Source: an uncultured Bacteroidales bacterium (GTDB taxonomy: Bacteria; Bacteroidota; Bacteroidia; Bacteroidales; CAYTAU01). Taken from it: a DNA stretch of 64,000 nucleotides. The position numbers and the translations under genes were made by a program. Below, piece by piece: positions 27,754-37,400 of the stretch (position 1 is the stretch's first letter; each line of letters opens with the position of its first letter). The notes under the pieces were generated by a model. It was not told the DNA's origin. It saw only the letters and a program-made list of their open reading frames with translations, and made no database searches. Where the stretch lies: the NCBI GenBank assembly GCA_964442075.1, contig CAYTWH010000002.1, positions 59,565 to 123,564 on the forward strand. The letters are read 5' to 3'.

Positions 27754-29322
27754 ATGAAACCATTAAAAGAATTATTTACAAGCAGTGGAAAATTTGTTAT
27801 AGGTACTGAACTTGTTACTACAAGAGGTATGATTAAACAAAAAAACAGTCAAAAACTAATTCAGTTAACCGAAGATCTTTGCAAAGACCCTCTACTCGAC
27901 TGGATTTCGTTTACCGATAATGCAGGTGGAAACCCCATGCTCTCAAACGATAATATGGGGCGAAAAATAAAAGAACTTGGCATGAATGCCATACTAAATA
28001 TTACCTGTAAGGATGCCAACAGAAATTCTCTTGAAAGTATTGCATGGAAATATGCCAGCGAAGAACTTAACAACCTGTTAGTGCTCAGTGGAGATTATCC
28101 AATTGGTGGTTATAAAGGTGTTGCAGAGGGTGTGTTTGATTTGGATTCTGTTGGTTTACTCCAGATGTTAAGCGAAATGAATAATGGCTTAAAAATAAAA
28201 GGCAGAAAACCAAATACATTTATCGACCTTGATAAAACAAATTTCTTTTTAGGATGCACCGTTTCTCCGTTTAAGAATACCGAAGCAGAACAAATGATGC
28301 AATATGAAAAACTTAAATTAAAAGTTAAAACAGGAGCAAATTTTATTATTCCGCAATTAGGTTACAATATTAGAAAATCACATGAACTACTTTGTTTCAT
28401 GAAAGAAAACAATATAGCAATACCTGTTATTGGAAATATATACAGATTAACTGCTGGAATTGCAAGAATGTTTAACAAGGGAATGTTCCCAGGATGTGTT
28501 GTTTCTGATGAATTATTAAGTCGTATTGATAAAGAAAAAAAGGCAGAAGATAAAGGTAAAAAATATTTCACCGATTTGGCTGCAAAACAATTTATTGCAT
28601 TTAAAGGCATGGGATATACGGGTGCATATATTGGTGGTTTTGATAAATATGAAGATTTTGCTGCAATTATTGAAAAAACCGAAGAATATAAAAATGAAAA
28701 CTGGCAGGATTTTATACCCGAACTTACAAATCCTCAACCCAAAGAATTTTATTATTACAATTTAGATAAAAACACAAATCTTTCTGATACCAACAGCATA
28801 AACGAAAATTATTCTAATTATAAGCGAAAATTCTTCACAAAACATGTTTCTTGCTTTTACAGATTTAGCAGAGTAATGCACTCTATTGCTTTCGATTACA
28901 AAGCACCTTTTTTCGGGTTTAACAAGTGGAGATATAAAATACTTGATAAAAAGGGATTTACAGGATTACGAAAATTTGCATACTTTAACGAACGAATGAT
29001 AAAAGGTGCATTGTATAATTGTCGCGAATGTGGAGATTGCTCATTACCAGATATCACATACTTATGCCCACAATCGCAATGTGCAAAAAACGAAAGAAAT
29101 GGACCTTGTGGCGGTAGTATTAACGATAAATGCGAAGTAACAAAAACAGGAAAATACTGTATTTGGGTAAAAGCATATACAAGAAATAAATATTATACCC
29201 GAAATAAAAAAAGCTTATTAGACCATCCACCAATTATTAAAGATAATGATCTTAAAGATACATCAGGGTGGGCAAACTGTTTCTTACTTCGCGACCATAA
29301 TGCATATAAAGCAAAAAAATGA
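27754..29322 (+). CDS. MTHFR-like (MetF fold) protein fused to a MetV-type Cys-rich C-terminal domain
   Basis: The N-terminal ~330 aa resemble the methylenetetrahydrofolate reductase barrel (FTDNAGGNP, NITCKDANRN, LVLSGDYP). The C-terminus carries CRECGDCSLPDITYLCPQSQCAKNERNGPCGG...CEV...YCIW. Confidence 0.7.
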   Translation: MKPLKELFTSSGKFVIGTELVTTRGMIKQKNSQKLIQLTEDLCKDPLLDWISFTDNAGGNPMLSNDNMGRKIKELGMNAILNITCKDANRNSLESIAWKYASEELNNLLVLSGDYPIGGYKGVAEGVFDLDSVGLLQMLSEMNNGLKIKGRKPNTFIDLDKTNFFLGCTVSPFKNTEAEQMMQYEKLKLKVKTGANFIIPQLGYNIRKSHELLCFMKENNIAIPVIGNIYRLTAGIARMFNKGMFPGCVVSDELLSRIDKEKKAEDKGKKYFTDLAAKQFIAFKGMGYTGAYIGGFDKYEDFAAIIEKTEEYKNENWQDFIPELTNPQPKEFYYYNLDKNTNLSDTNSINENYSNYKRKFFTKHVSCFYRFSRVMHSIAFDYKAPFFGFNKWRYKILDKKGFTGLRKFAYFNERMIKGALYNCRECGDCSLPDITYLCPQSQCAKNERNGPCGGSINDKCEVTKTGKYCIWVKAYTRNKYYTRNKKSLLDHPPIIKDNDLKDTSGWANCFLLRDHNAYKAKK

Positions 29323-29324
29323 AA

Positions 29325-29361
29325 GCCCCTCCTAACCTCCCCAAAGGGGAGGAATTGGGGG
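29325..29361. repeat. GC-rich hairpin element between the MetF-like gene and the next gene
   Basis: Perfect stem CCTCCCC (29336-29342), loop AAA, GGGGAGG (29346-29352), extended by CCCC/GGGG pairs after an internal loop. It encodes the implausible KAPPNLPKGEELG at the track ORF start. Confidence 0.55.
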
Positions 29362-29375
29362 CAAAATATTACAAA

Positions 29376-30638
29376 ATGAATCCAAGTAGTAAAGGTTGGT
29401 TAAAACAATATATTCAAGAGTATTACTTAAATGAAGATTTGATAAATATTTTTCACTGTAAAAATGAAAAATTAGATAATGAGAAATTCTTATATCGAAT
29501 AACCCAACCTACCGGATTAATATATGGTTATCCCTCTCAATTTTTTCTTGTAAACACATCAAAAATGGGAGAATGGAACGATAAAGAAAAATTTAAACTA
29601 ATAATAACAGAGAGTTTTCTAAATTACTCATTATGCTTTGAATGTCAAAATATTCTCGATTATAATAAAATTACCAATAATTTAGATCAAATTATAAAGA
29701 ATATCGCTGATTTTTATAAAGTTATATTTCCAAAAACATCATATTCATCTGCTACAAAAGATAATTATGAGTTTGTAGAAAAAGTAATTGATAAACGTAT
29801 AAATGTTAAATATAAACTTACCGGCAACTTTTGGACAAGTATGTTTCAAAATAACCTGATTTTTTTAGACTTGGCATATTTCTCGCGTTACATTAATGAA
29901 AATTATATTACAAGTATTGAGGAACGTGAAGAAACCAAATTGCTAATAATTAAAATAATTGCTGCTGCTGCCCATTCAAGTTATTCAATTGAAAAAGAAG
30001 AAAAAAGAATGTTTGAATATTTTCTTCATTCAGCGCACCTATCACCTGAAAATATTAAGCTTGTTAAGGAGTATTTCAAAAATGGAATAAAGTTAGAAGA
30101 TATTGAGCATAATGAAGTTTCATCATGGATAATTAGAAAATTTTGTCTTGAAATTGCAATTTTAACTATTTGGTCAGATAGAATGGTTACTGAAGATGAA
30201 AAAGATTTTATAGCTGATCTAAGTAATAAACTAAATTTTAATGAAATAGAGATGGAATCGAGCATGATAGCCATTGAAAGCTTTGTTCTTAATAATGCCG
30301 ATAAAGTATTTTATTTGGGAAACAAGCAAAACTATCAGGTTTTGAGTAAAAGCTTAACAAGTAAATTAACAAAAATGGTAAAAAAGAACAAATCTATGAT
30401 AGCTCAGGAAATTTCCGAAAGTAAAGAGCTTGTAGAATTGTTAGCAAAGTCAAGAAATCAAAAATTATCTGCTGAAGAAAAAAAGAAAGTTAAAGGGCAA
30501 CTTTTTGATATTCTAAGAACTATACCGTCTTTTGCAATTTTTATGGTTCCCGGTGGTTCAATTTTATTACCAATTCTTTTAAAAATTATTCCTGAAAATA
30601 TTATGAAACCCAGTTCTTTTATTAATCCCAAAAATTGA
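29376..30638 (+). CDS. TerB-like domain protein with LETM1-like C-terminal membrane segment
   Basis: Start moved to the ATG at 29376, downstream of the hairpin. The middle region has TerB-like paired helices (WSDRMVTEDEKDFIADLSNKL). The C-terminus LFDILRTIPSFAIFMVPGGSILLPILLKIIPENIMKPSSF resembles the LETM1 motif VPF..F..VPF.E.LLP...K.FP.MLPSTF (from memory). Confidence 0.6.
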   Translation: MNPSSKGWLKQYIQEYYLNEDLINIFHCKNEKLDNEKFLYRITQPTGLIYGYPSQFFLVNTSKMGEWNDKEKFKLIITESFLNYSLCFECQNILDYNKITNNLDQIIKNIADFYKVIFPKTSYSSATKDNYEFVEKVIDKRINVKYKLTGNFWTSMFQNNLIFLDLAYFSRYINENYITSIEEREETKLLIIKIIAAAAHSSYSIEKEEKRMFEYFLHSAHLSPENIKLVKEYFKNGIKLEDIEHNEVSSWIIRKFCLEIAILTIWSDRMVTEDEKDFIADLSNKLNFNEIEMESSMIAIESFVLNNADKVFYLGNKQNYQVLSKSLTSKLTKMVKKNKSMIAQEISESKELVELLAKSRNQKLSAEEKKKVKGQLFDILRTIPSFAIFMVPGGSILLPILLKIIPENIMKPSSFINPKN

Positions 30639-30680
30639 TTTCGCCGAACTTACGTTTCATAAATTTTTGCTATAAATGAA

Positions 30681-31310
30681 CTATAATTTTTTATCGGGAT
30701 AAAGAGCACCTCCTTTTGTAAGCCAGGATACACCAAATGCAATTAGAGCAACTGTTTCTGCCCAAAACACAAAATAAGGATGAAATTCAAATTTTTTATG
30801 TGCTACAATTGCAATAAGGCAAACAATTATAATGATACCACAAATTCTATAGACCAGATTTCTTTTCTTCTTTCGTGATGTTATTTTAAATTCTTTTTTG
30901 GTTTTAGTAAATAAGATCAATGAAAAACTAGCGAGAGTGAGAAAAAATATAGCAGCACATGTATAATGAATCAGACCTATTAAGTCAGTTTCTCCAACGC
31001 CCTCCGTTGTAGGAACCCAAGCTACTCCTATTGCAAAAAATCCGGCAATATTTCCCGCCCAGTCGTCCAATTTATTATAACCACAATAAAAAAACATAAA
31101 TAATGCAACAGCACAAAGAGCTCCAACAAACACATTGCGCATGCTTGTATGATAATAATGACTTATAGATGTTGGCATATCCTCTCCATTAAAAAGTATT
31201 AAAAGTCCAAACATTAATGTAAACGGCAACAATATACCTATCCATCCTACTGTTTTTCGTAAATCCAAATAAGAATAGGTAAGTCTTGAATACTTGGTTT
31301 TAAAATTCAT
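30681..31310 (-). CDS. Integral membrane protein (about 6 TM), unknown function
   Basis: 209 aa with several hydrophobic helices (WIGILLPFTLMFGLLILF, VGALCAVALFMFFYCGY, AAIFFLTLASFSLILF and others). Confidence 0.55.
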   Translation of the reverse strand: MNFKTKYSRLTYSYLDLRKTVGWIGILLPFTLMFGLLILFNGEDMPTSISHYYHTSMRNVFVGALCAVALFMFFYCGYNKLDDWAGNIAGFFAIGVAWVPTTEGVGETDLIGLIHYTCAAIFFLTLASFSLILFTKTKKEFKITSRKKKRNLVYRICGIIIIVCLIAIVAHKKFEFHPYFVFWAETVALIAFGVSWLTKGGALYPDKKL

Positions 31311-31491
31311 AATTACTAATTTTAATATATATTTATTTCTATTAAATTTATTACAAATTGTTTATAAAGTTTCCATTATGATATAAAGGTACTATTATTT
31401 ACATATTTTTATTATTTTTGTTATATTTTTATTATTTTTGTTAAAATGTTTATTTAATACTCTTCAATTATTTTATTTATACAATTTAATC

Positions 31492-32967
31492 ATGAATAAA
31501 TTATTCTATTTTATATCTATTATCTTTTTATTTTTAATAAACACAGGGCTAAATGCATCGGAAAAATTGCAGGTATCTTTTCATTATGCAGCTTTTAATT
31601 CTCCTAACAATGGTCCTTATATTGAAACATACATGACCGTTTTTGGACAATCTTCTACTTTTATAAAAAATGATAATAACAAATTTCAATCATCAATTGA
31701 AATTACTATGATCTTTAAACAAGAAAGTAAAGTAATTAATTTTACTAAATTCAATCTTTTAAGTCCCGAATTATCTGATACTACAGAAACAAAACCAAAT
31801 TTTATTGACCAACAAAGAATATCATTACCAAATGGGATTTACAATTTCGAATTAATAATTAAGGATAAAAATTCAGATGCTAAAGAATTTTCTTTTAACG
31901 ATATCATCACTATTAATTTTAACGACACCGAAATATGTTTTTCGGGAGTTCAATTTATTGAGAAATTTTCAGAAACAAAAACAGAGAATATATTAAGTAA
32001 AAACGGATACGACCTTGTTCCCTATGTTTCTAATTTCTTCCCTGACAATATGAGTGAATTAATTTTTTATACAGAAATATATAATATCAGTACAATATTA
32101 AAAGATGAAAAAGATATATTGGTGCAATATTTTATTGAAAATTTCAATAATGGAAAGACTTTAGATCAATATACTAAATTTAAAAAGCAAACGGCAAAAG
32201 GCTTAAATATTGTTTTTGGGCAACTTAATATTTCTGATCTGCCATCAGGCAACTATAATCTTAATATTGAAATAAAAAATAAAGAAAATGTGCTTTTAAA
32301 AAGTCAAAAAGTATTTTTTCAAAGAAGTAATCCCGAAAAGGATATAAATATTGAAGATATTTCCTCAATAAAAATTGAAGATGTTTTCACTAACAAATAT
32401 CAGAGCATTGATACATTAGCCGAATATATAAGATGTATTAGACCTATAGCCGATTTTGTGGAGAGACGATTTATTGATAATAACTCTAAATCGACAACAT
32501 TAAGCTTTATGCAACAATACTTTTATAGTTTCTGGGCAAAAAGAAACTCTGTAAATCCTGAAAAAGAATGGGAATATTATAAAAAACAAGTCAACCTTGT
32601 TAATAGTTTATATTCATCTCCAATTGAAAAAGGATATGAATCAGATAGAGGTTGGGTATTTTTACAATACGGTGCACCAAATAATGCTACTGAATTCAAA
32701 CATGAATCAAATACTTTTCCTTATGAAATATGGCACTATTATCGGTTAGGTGAAAACGAGACAACACAAACTAATATAAAATTTGTTTTTTATAATCCCG
32801 ATATTGCTGGGAATGATTATATCCTTTTACACTCAAATGCTCGTGGTGAAATTTTTGATAAAAACTGGGAAAAAAGACTTTATAATCCACATGATAATCA
32901 AGGCTACAAAGATAGAATAAATGATCCGTACAGGCAATCAAAAGAACTCGAAATATATAATGAATAA
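31492..32967 (+). CDS. GWxTD domain protein
   Basis: Start placed at MNKLFYFISIIFLFLINTG (signal peptide). C-terminal motif SDRGWVFLQYGAPN...PYEIWHY. Confidence 0.7.
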   Translation: MNKLFYFISIIFLFLINTGLNASEKLQVSFHYAAFNSPNNGPYIETYMTVFGQSSTFIKNDNNKFQSSIEITMIFKQESKVINFTKFNLLSPELSDTTETKPNFIDQQRISLPNGIYNFELIIKDKNSDAKEFSFNDIITINFNDTEICFSGVQFIEKFSETKTENILSKNGYDLVPYVSNFFPDNMSELIFYTEIYNISTILKDEKDILVQYFIENFNNGKTLDQYTKFKKQTAKGLNIVFGQLNISDLPSGNYNLNIEIKNKENVLLKSQKVFFQRSNPEKDINIEDISSIKIEDVFTNKYQSIDTLAEYIRCIRPIADFVERRFIDNNSKSTTLSFMQQYFYSFWAKRNSVNPEKEWEYYKKQVNLVNSLYSSPIEKGYESDRGWVFLQYGAPNNATEFKHESNTFPYEIWHYYRLGENETTQTNIKFVFYNPDIAGNDYILLHSNARGEIFDKNWEKRLYNPHDNQGYKDRINDPYRQSKELEIYNE

Positions 32968-32976
32968 AAAATATTT

Positions 32977-33582
32977 ATGTTAATAATAGGAATTGCAGGA
33001 GGAACAGGTTCAGGCAAAACAACGGTAGTTAAAAAAATTATCGAGAAATTATCAACCGATGAAATTGCTGTTTTATCGCAAGATTCGTATTACAAAGACA
33101 ATAGTAGTCTGCCTATAGAGGAACGTCAAAAAATAAATTTTGACCATCCTGATTCACTTGAATTTTCACTACTTACAAAACATTTAAATCAACTACGCGA
33201 AGGCAAAGCAATAAAACAACCATTATATTCTTATTTGACCTGTACCAGAGCAAAAAAAACAATTAATATAGAACCAAAACAGGTTATTATTGTAGAAGGT
33301 ATTTTAATTTTATACAATAAAAATTTACGCGATCTGTTTGATATTAAGGTATTTGTTCATGCCGATGCAGATGATAGATTAAATAGGGTTATTAAAAGAG
33401 ATATTATTGAAAGGGGGCGTTCTGTAAATACTGTTTTAGAACGTTACGAAGAATCTGTAAAACCAATGCACTTACAGTTTATAGAACCATCAAAAAGGTA
33501 CGCAGATATAATTGTTCCTCAAGGTGGAAATAATAAAGTTGCCATTGATATTTTGGCAAGATACATTGAAAGAAAATTATAA
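32977..33582 (+). CDS. udk: Uridine kinase
   Basis: 201 aa with the P-loop IGIAGGTGSGKTT, NFDHPDSLEF and VIIVEGIL. Confidence 0.9.
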   Translation: MLIIGIAGGTGSGKTTVVKKIIEKLSTDEIAVLSQDSYYKDNSSLPIEERQKINFDHPDSLEFSLLTKHLNQLREGKAIKQPLYSYLTCTRAKKTINIEPKQVIIVEGILILYNKNLRDLFDIKVFVHADADDRLNRVIKRDIIERGRSVNTVLERYEESVKPMHLQFIEPSKRYADIIVPQGGNNKVAIDILARYIERKL

Positions 33583-33586
33583 GATT

Positions 33587-34303
33587 ATGTTAAATGATAT
33601 TAAATTAGAGAACATTTTGTTTCTCGATATTGAAACTATTCCACAATGTCAAGTTTATAAAGACCTTGATGAAACTACAAAAACTTTGTGGGACAAAAAA
33701 TCAAAATTTATTACAAAAGAAGAACAAAGTTCTGAAGAAGTATATGAAAGAGCAGGCATTTACTCAGAATTTGGAAAAATAATTTGTATTTCTGTTGGTT
33801 ATATTTATAAAGAGCAAGATGAGATTTTTTTTAAAATAAAATCATATTATGGCGATAATGAAAAAAATCTATTATCAGATTTTAATCAAATGATAAACCA
33901 ATTTGAAAGAAATAATGACCGATTGTTGTGTGCACACAATGGAAAAGAATTCGACTTCCCGTATATTGCCCGCAGAACACTTATAAATGGATTAAAATTG
34001 CCAAAATTACTTGATATAGCAGGGAAAAAACCTTGGGAAATAAAGCACCTTGATACAATGGAACTGTGGAAATTTGGCGATTATAAAAATTACACATCTC
34101 TTGAATTATTAACAAATATCTTTAATATACCAACACCTAAAGATGATATTAATGGAAGTGAAGTAGCAAAAGTATATTATGAAGAAAAAAATATTGAGAG
34201 AATTGTAAAATACTGTGAAAAAGATGTACTTGCAGTAGCTCAATTAATATTACGTTACAAAGGACAAAACCTGATTCAGGAACAAAATATAAATAGTATA
34301 TAA
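33587..34303 (+). CDS. RNase H-fold 3'-5' exonuclease (PolB-exonuclease-like)
   Basis: Start at ATG 33587 (MLNDIKLENILFLDIETIP, an ExoI-type DIET motif). Also HNGKEFDFPY and YCEKDV. The track start at 33512 would overlap udk. Confidence 0.7.
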   Translation: MLNDIKLENILFLDIETIPQCQVYKDLDETTKTLWDKKSKFITKEEQSSEEVYERAGIYSEFGKIICISVGYIYKEQDEIFFKIKSYYGDNEKNLLSDFNQMINQFERNNDRLLCAHNGKEFDFPYIARRTLINGLKLPKLLDIAGKKPWEIKHLDTMELWKFGDYKNYTSLELLTNIFNIPTPKDDINGSEVAKVYYEEKNIERIVKYCEKDVLAVAQLILRYKGQNLIQEQNINSI

Positions 34304-34419
34304 TTCTATATATGTATAAACCAGAATGTTTTCGTTTATCAAAATTATTTGACAAAAAATTTTATTTAGTTTAATTTTACAATTTATTTTATACTTTTTA
34401 ATACAAAATCTTGACGGTT

Positions 34420-37400
34420 ATGAAAAAATCATTTAAAATCTTTCAAATTTTAATTGTAATAATGATAATCTCAAATTTATCATTTTCACAATTAATTACA
34501 ATAGGAACAGGTACAATACAAAATTCTAATACCGTATATCCTGCTCCATACGGAAACTGGTACTGGGGTGCAAAACATCAGTTTTTAATTACTGCATCTG
34601 AAATATACGCCGCAGGAGGTGGACCGGGATTAATTAATTCTTTAGCATTTGACGTTGTTACGGTTAATGGTGTAGCTCTTGCAAATTTTGAAATTCTTAT
34701 AGGAGCAACATCTATTACTAACCTGACAACAGCCTTTGAATCAGGGTTGACAAGTGTATATTCTAGTGCTTCATATACAGAAATTAGTGGATGGAATACC
34801 CATGTCTTTAGCACTCCTTTTGTTTGGGATGGAGCTTCAAATATCGTTGTTGAAACTTGTTTTAATAATACCAGTTATACAAATAATGCCGTTTTTAATC
34901 AATCAACAACAAGTCATTCTTCATCTCATGAATATCACACAGATGCATCTGGTGTTTGCACATCACCCGGAACTGGATCAACTTATACTCAAAGACCGAA
35001 TATCCAATTAAACATGATCCCATTAAATATTCCAATTAATTTAGGTGTTATTTCATGGGATTATCCTACTGAATTCTGTGGGCTACCCTCATCAATGCAT
35101 CTAAGAACAAAAATAAAAAATTGGGGTACAGATACTGTTTCAAATTTTGATGTTTCATATAGTACTGATGGTGGAACAATTTGGGAAACTGATTTTGTAA
35201 GCTCATCTATTTACCCTGATGATACTTTAGAACATGTTTTTTCCGCCACAGAAGATTTTTCTGCCTCGGGAATATACACTATGGAATTTGCTGTATCTAT
35301 TGCTGGAGACACGATGTATTATAATGATACTTTACACAATGTACAAATCAGTAATTATCATAATATAAATACATTCCCTTTTCTAGAAGATTTTGAGACA
35401 GGAAGTACTGATTATTTTAATGTAAAACACAATTCCAATGCAAATGCATACATTTATGATGATGGTATTTCATATATATTAAGATTAGAGGGGAGAAATC
35501 CTGGAGGCTGGACAGGTAGCTCAACAGCAACAACAGCCACAAATGCGTGGATTGATAATATTACACATCATTCTTCCGCATTATCGTGTAATATTGATGC
35601 AACAATTATGACTTCTCTTGAATTAAGGTTTGACCTTAAACAACTTTATTCAAATTATGGACCAAAATATTCATGGTTTAGGGTATTAGCTAATGGAACT
35701 CAAATTTCAGATATAAATGGTATTTCAGATTTTAATCCAATTACAGTTGATGCAGACCCATGGGAAACATTAAGATTTGATTTACAGGCCTATGCCGGCA
35801 CGATTTTCACCTTAGAGTTTCAGGCTTCTAATTATTATGACAAAATATACAGCAACCCAGGCGACAACGCTTTTGTTGACAATATTATATTACAGGAAAA
35901 ACCGGCCGATGATGCCGGTGTAGATTTTCTTATTTCACAAATGTCAGGATGTGGTGTTTCTCCTGCTGAAGACATTGTAATACAAATTAAAAACTATGGA
36001 AATAATGCAATTACTGGTTTTGATGTTGCCTATCAGGTTGATGGCGGAACTATTGTTGTTGAAAATATTGGGGCAACGACTTTGAATGTTGGAGATACTT
36101 ATATATACACATTTGTTACAAAAGCAGATATTTCAGTATCTGGTCCACATACAATTAAATCATGGACTGCCATGGTTCCTGATACAGATTACAATAATGA
36201 TACTGTTTTTGAAAACGTTGATGTCCATTTATATACTTCTGTTTATCCATTTGAAGAAGATTATGAAACCTTTCCTGTGGGTACAGGTACTGTTTTACCA
36301 AATGGTTGGACATTAAGCCCAATTTCAGGTTATCGTTGGCAAACAGATATTGGGACAACCTCTTCTACTAGTACAGGACCAACTGTTGATCATACTACAG
36401 GTACAGCTACAGGGGTGTATTTTTACACAGAGGCTTCTAGTGGTACTCAGGAAGATTTAGCATATCTTATTAGTCCTTGCCTGGATCTTAGCCCATTATC
36501 AAATCCTGAACTTAAGTTTTGGTATCACATGTACGGAGCAGATATTGATACTTTATTTATAGATGTTTTTATAGGAGGTGTTTGGATTGAGGATATTTAT
36601 AATATTGGGGGAGAACAGCAAATAGTTACTACAGACGATTGGTTAGAGGCAATAATTGACCTTACTCCTTATATTTCATTAGATAAATTTAGATTTAGGG
36701 CAAGAAGAGGTCCAAGTTTTAATGGAGATATTTGTATAGATGATATCAATATTTTTCAAGTCTTTGATGATGATCTTGTTTGTGATGAATGGATAGAACC
36801 TGAAATTTCTAGTTGTTCAATGTCTGCTAATGAAAATATAACTACCTCTGTAATAAATAATGGTTTAAATCCGGCAAGTAATTTTAATCTTCTATTTTCT
36901 ACTGATAGCGGTCTAACATATTCTGCTCCTGAATTAGTTACGTCAACACTAAATGCAGACGACACATTAATATACACTTTTACAGCTACTGCTGATTTTT
37001 TAATGCCGGGTGTTTATTATTGTTTTGTTGTAGTTGATTATGTTAACGATATGTTTAATGATAATGATACTCTCTATTATGTTATTAATATTGATACTTC
37101 AATCACAACATTTCCTCTTATTGAAGATTTTGAAACATTTATTGTAGGAACACCCGGGACTTTCCAAAACGGATGGGAAATGACAAACCAAAGCACTTAT
37201 CAATGGCAAGTTACTACAGGAACAACTCCCAATGCAAGCACAGGTCCAACAGGAGATCATACACTGGGAAATGGCAAATATGTTTACACAGAAGCTACTA
37301 ATGGCTTACAAGGTGATTTAACTTTTCTTACAAGTCCATGTATAGATATCAGTGGATTATCTGTTCCTCAAATGACATTTTGGTATCATATGTATGGTGC

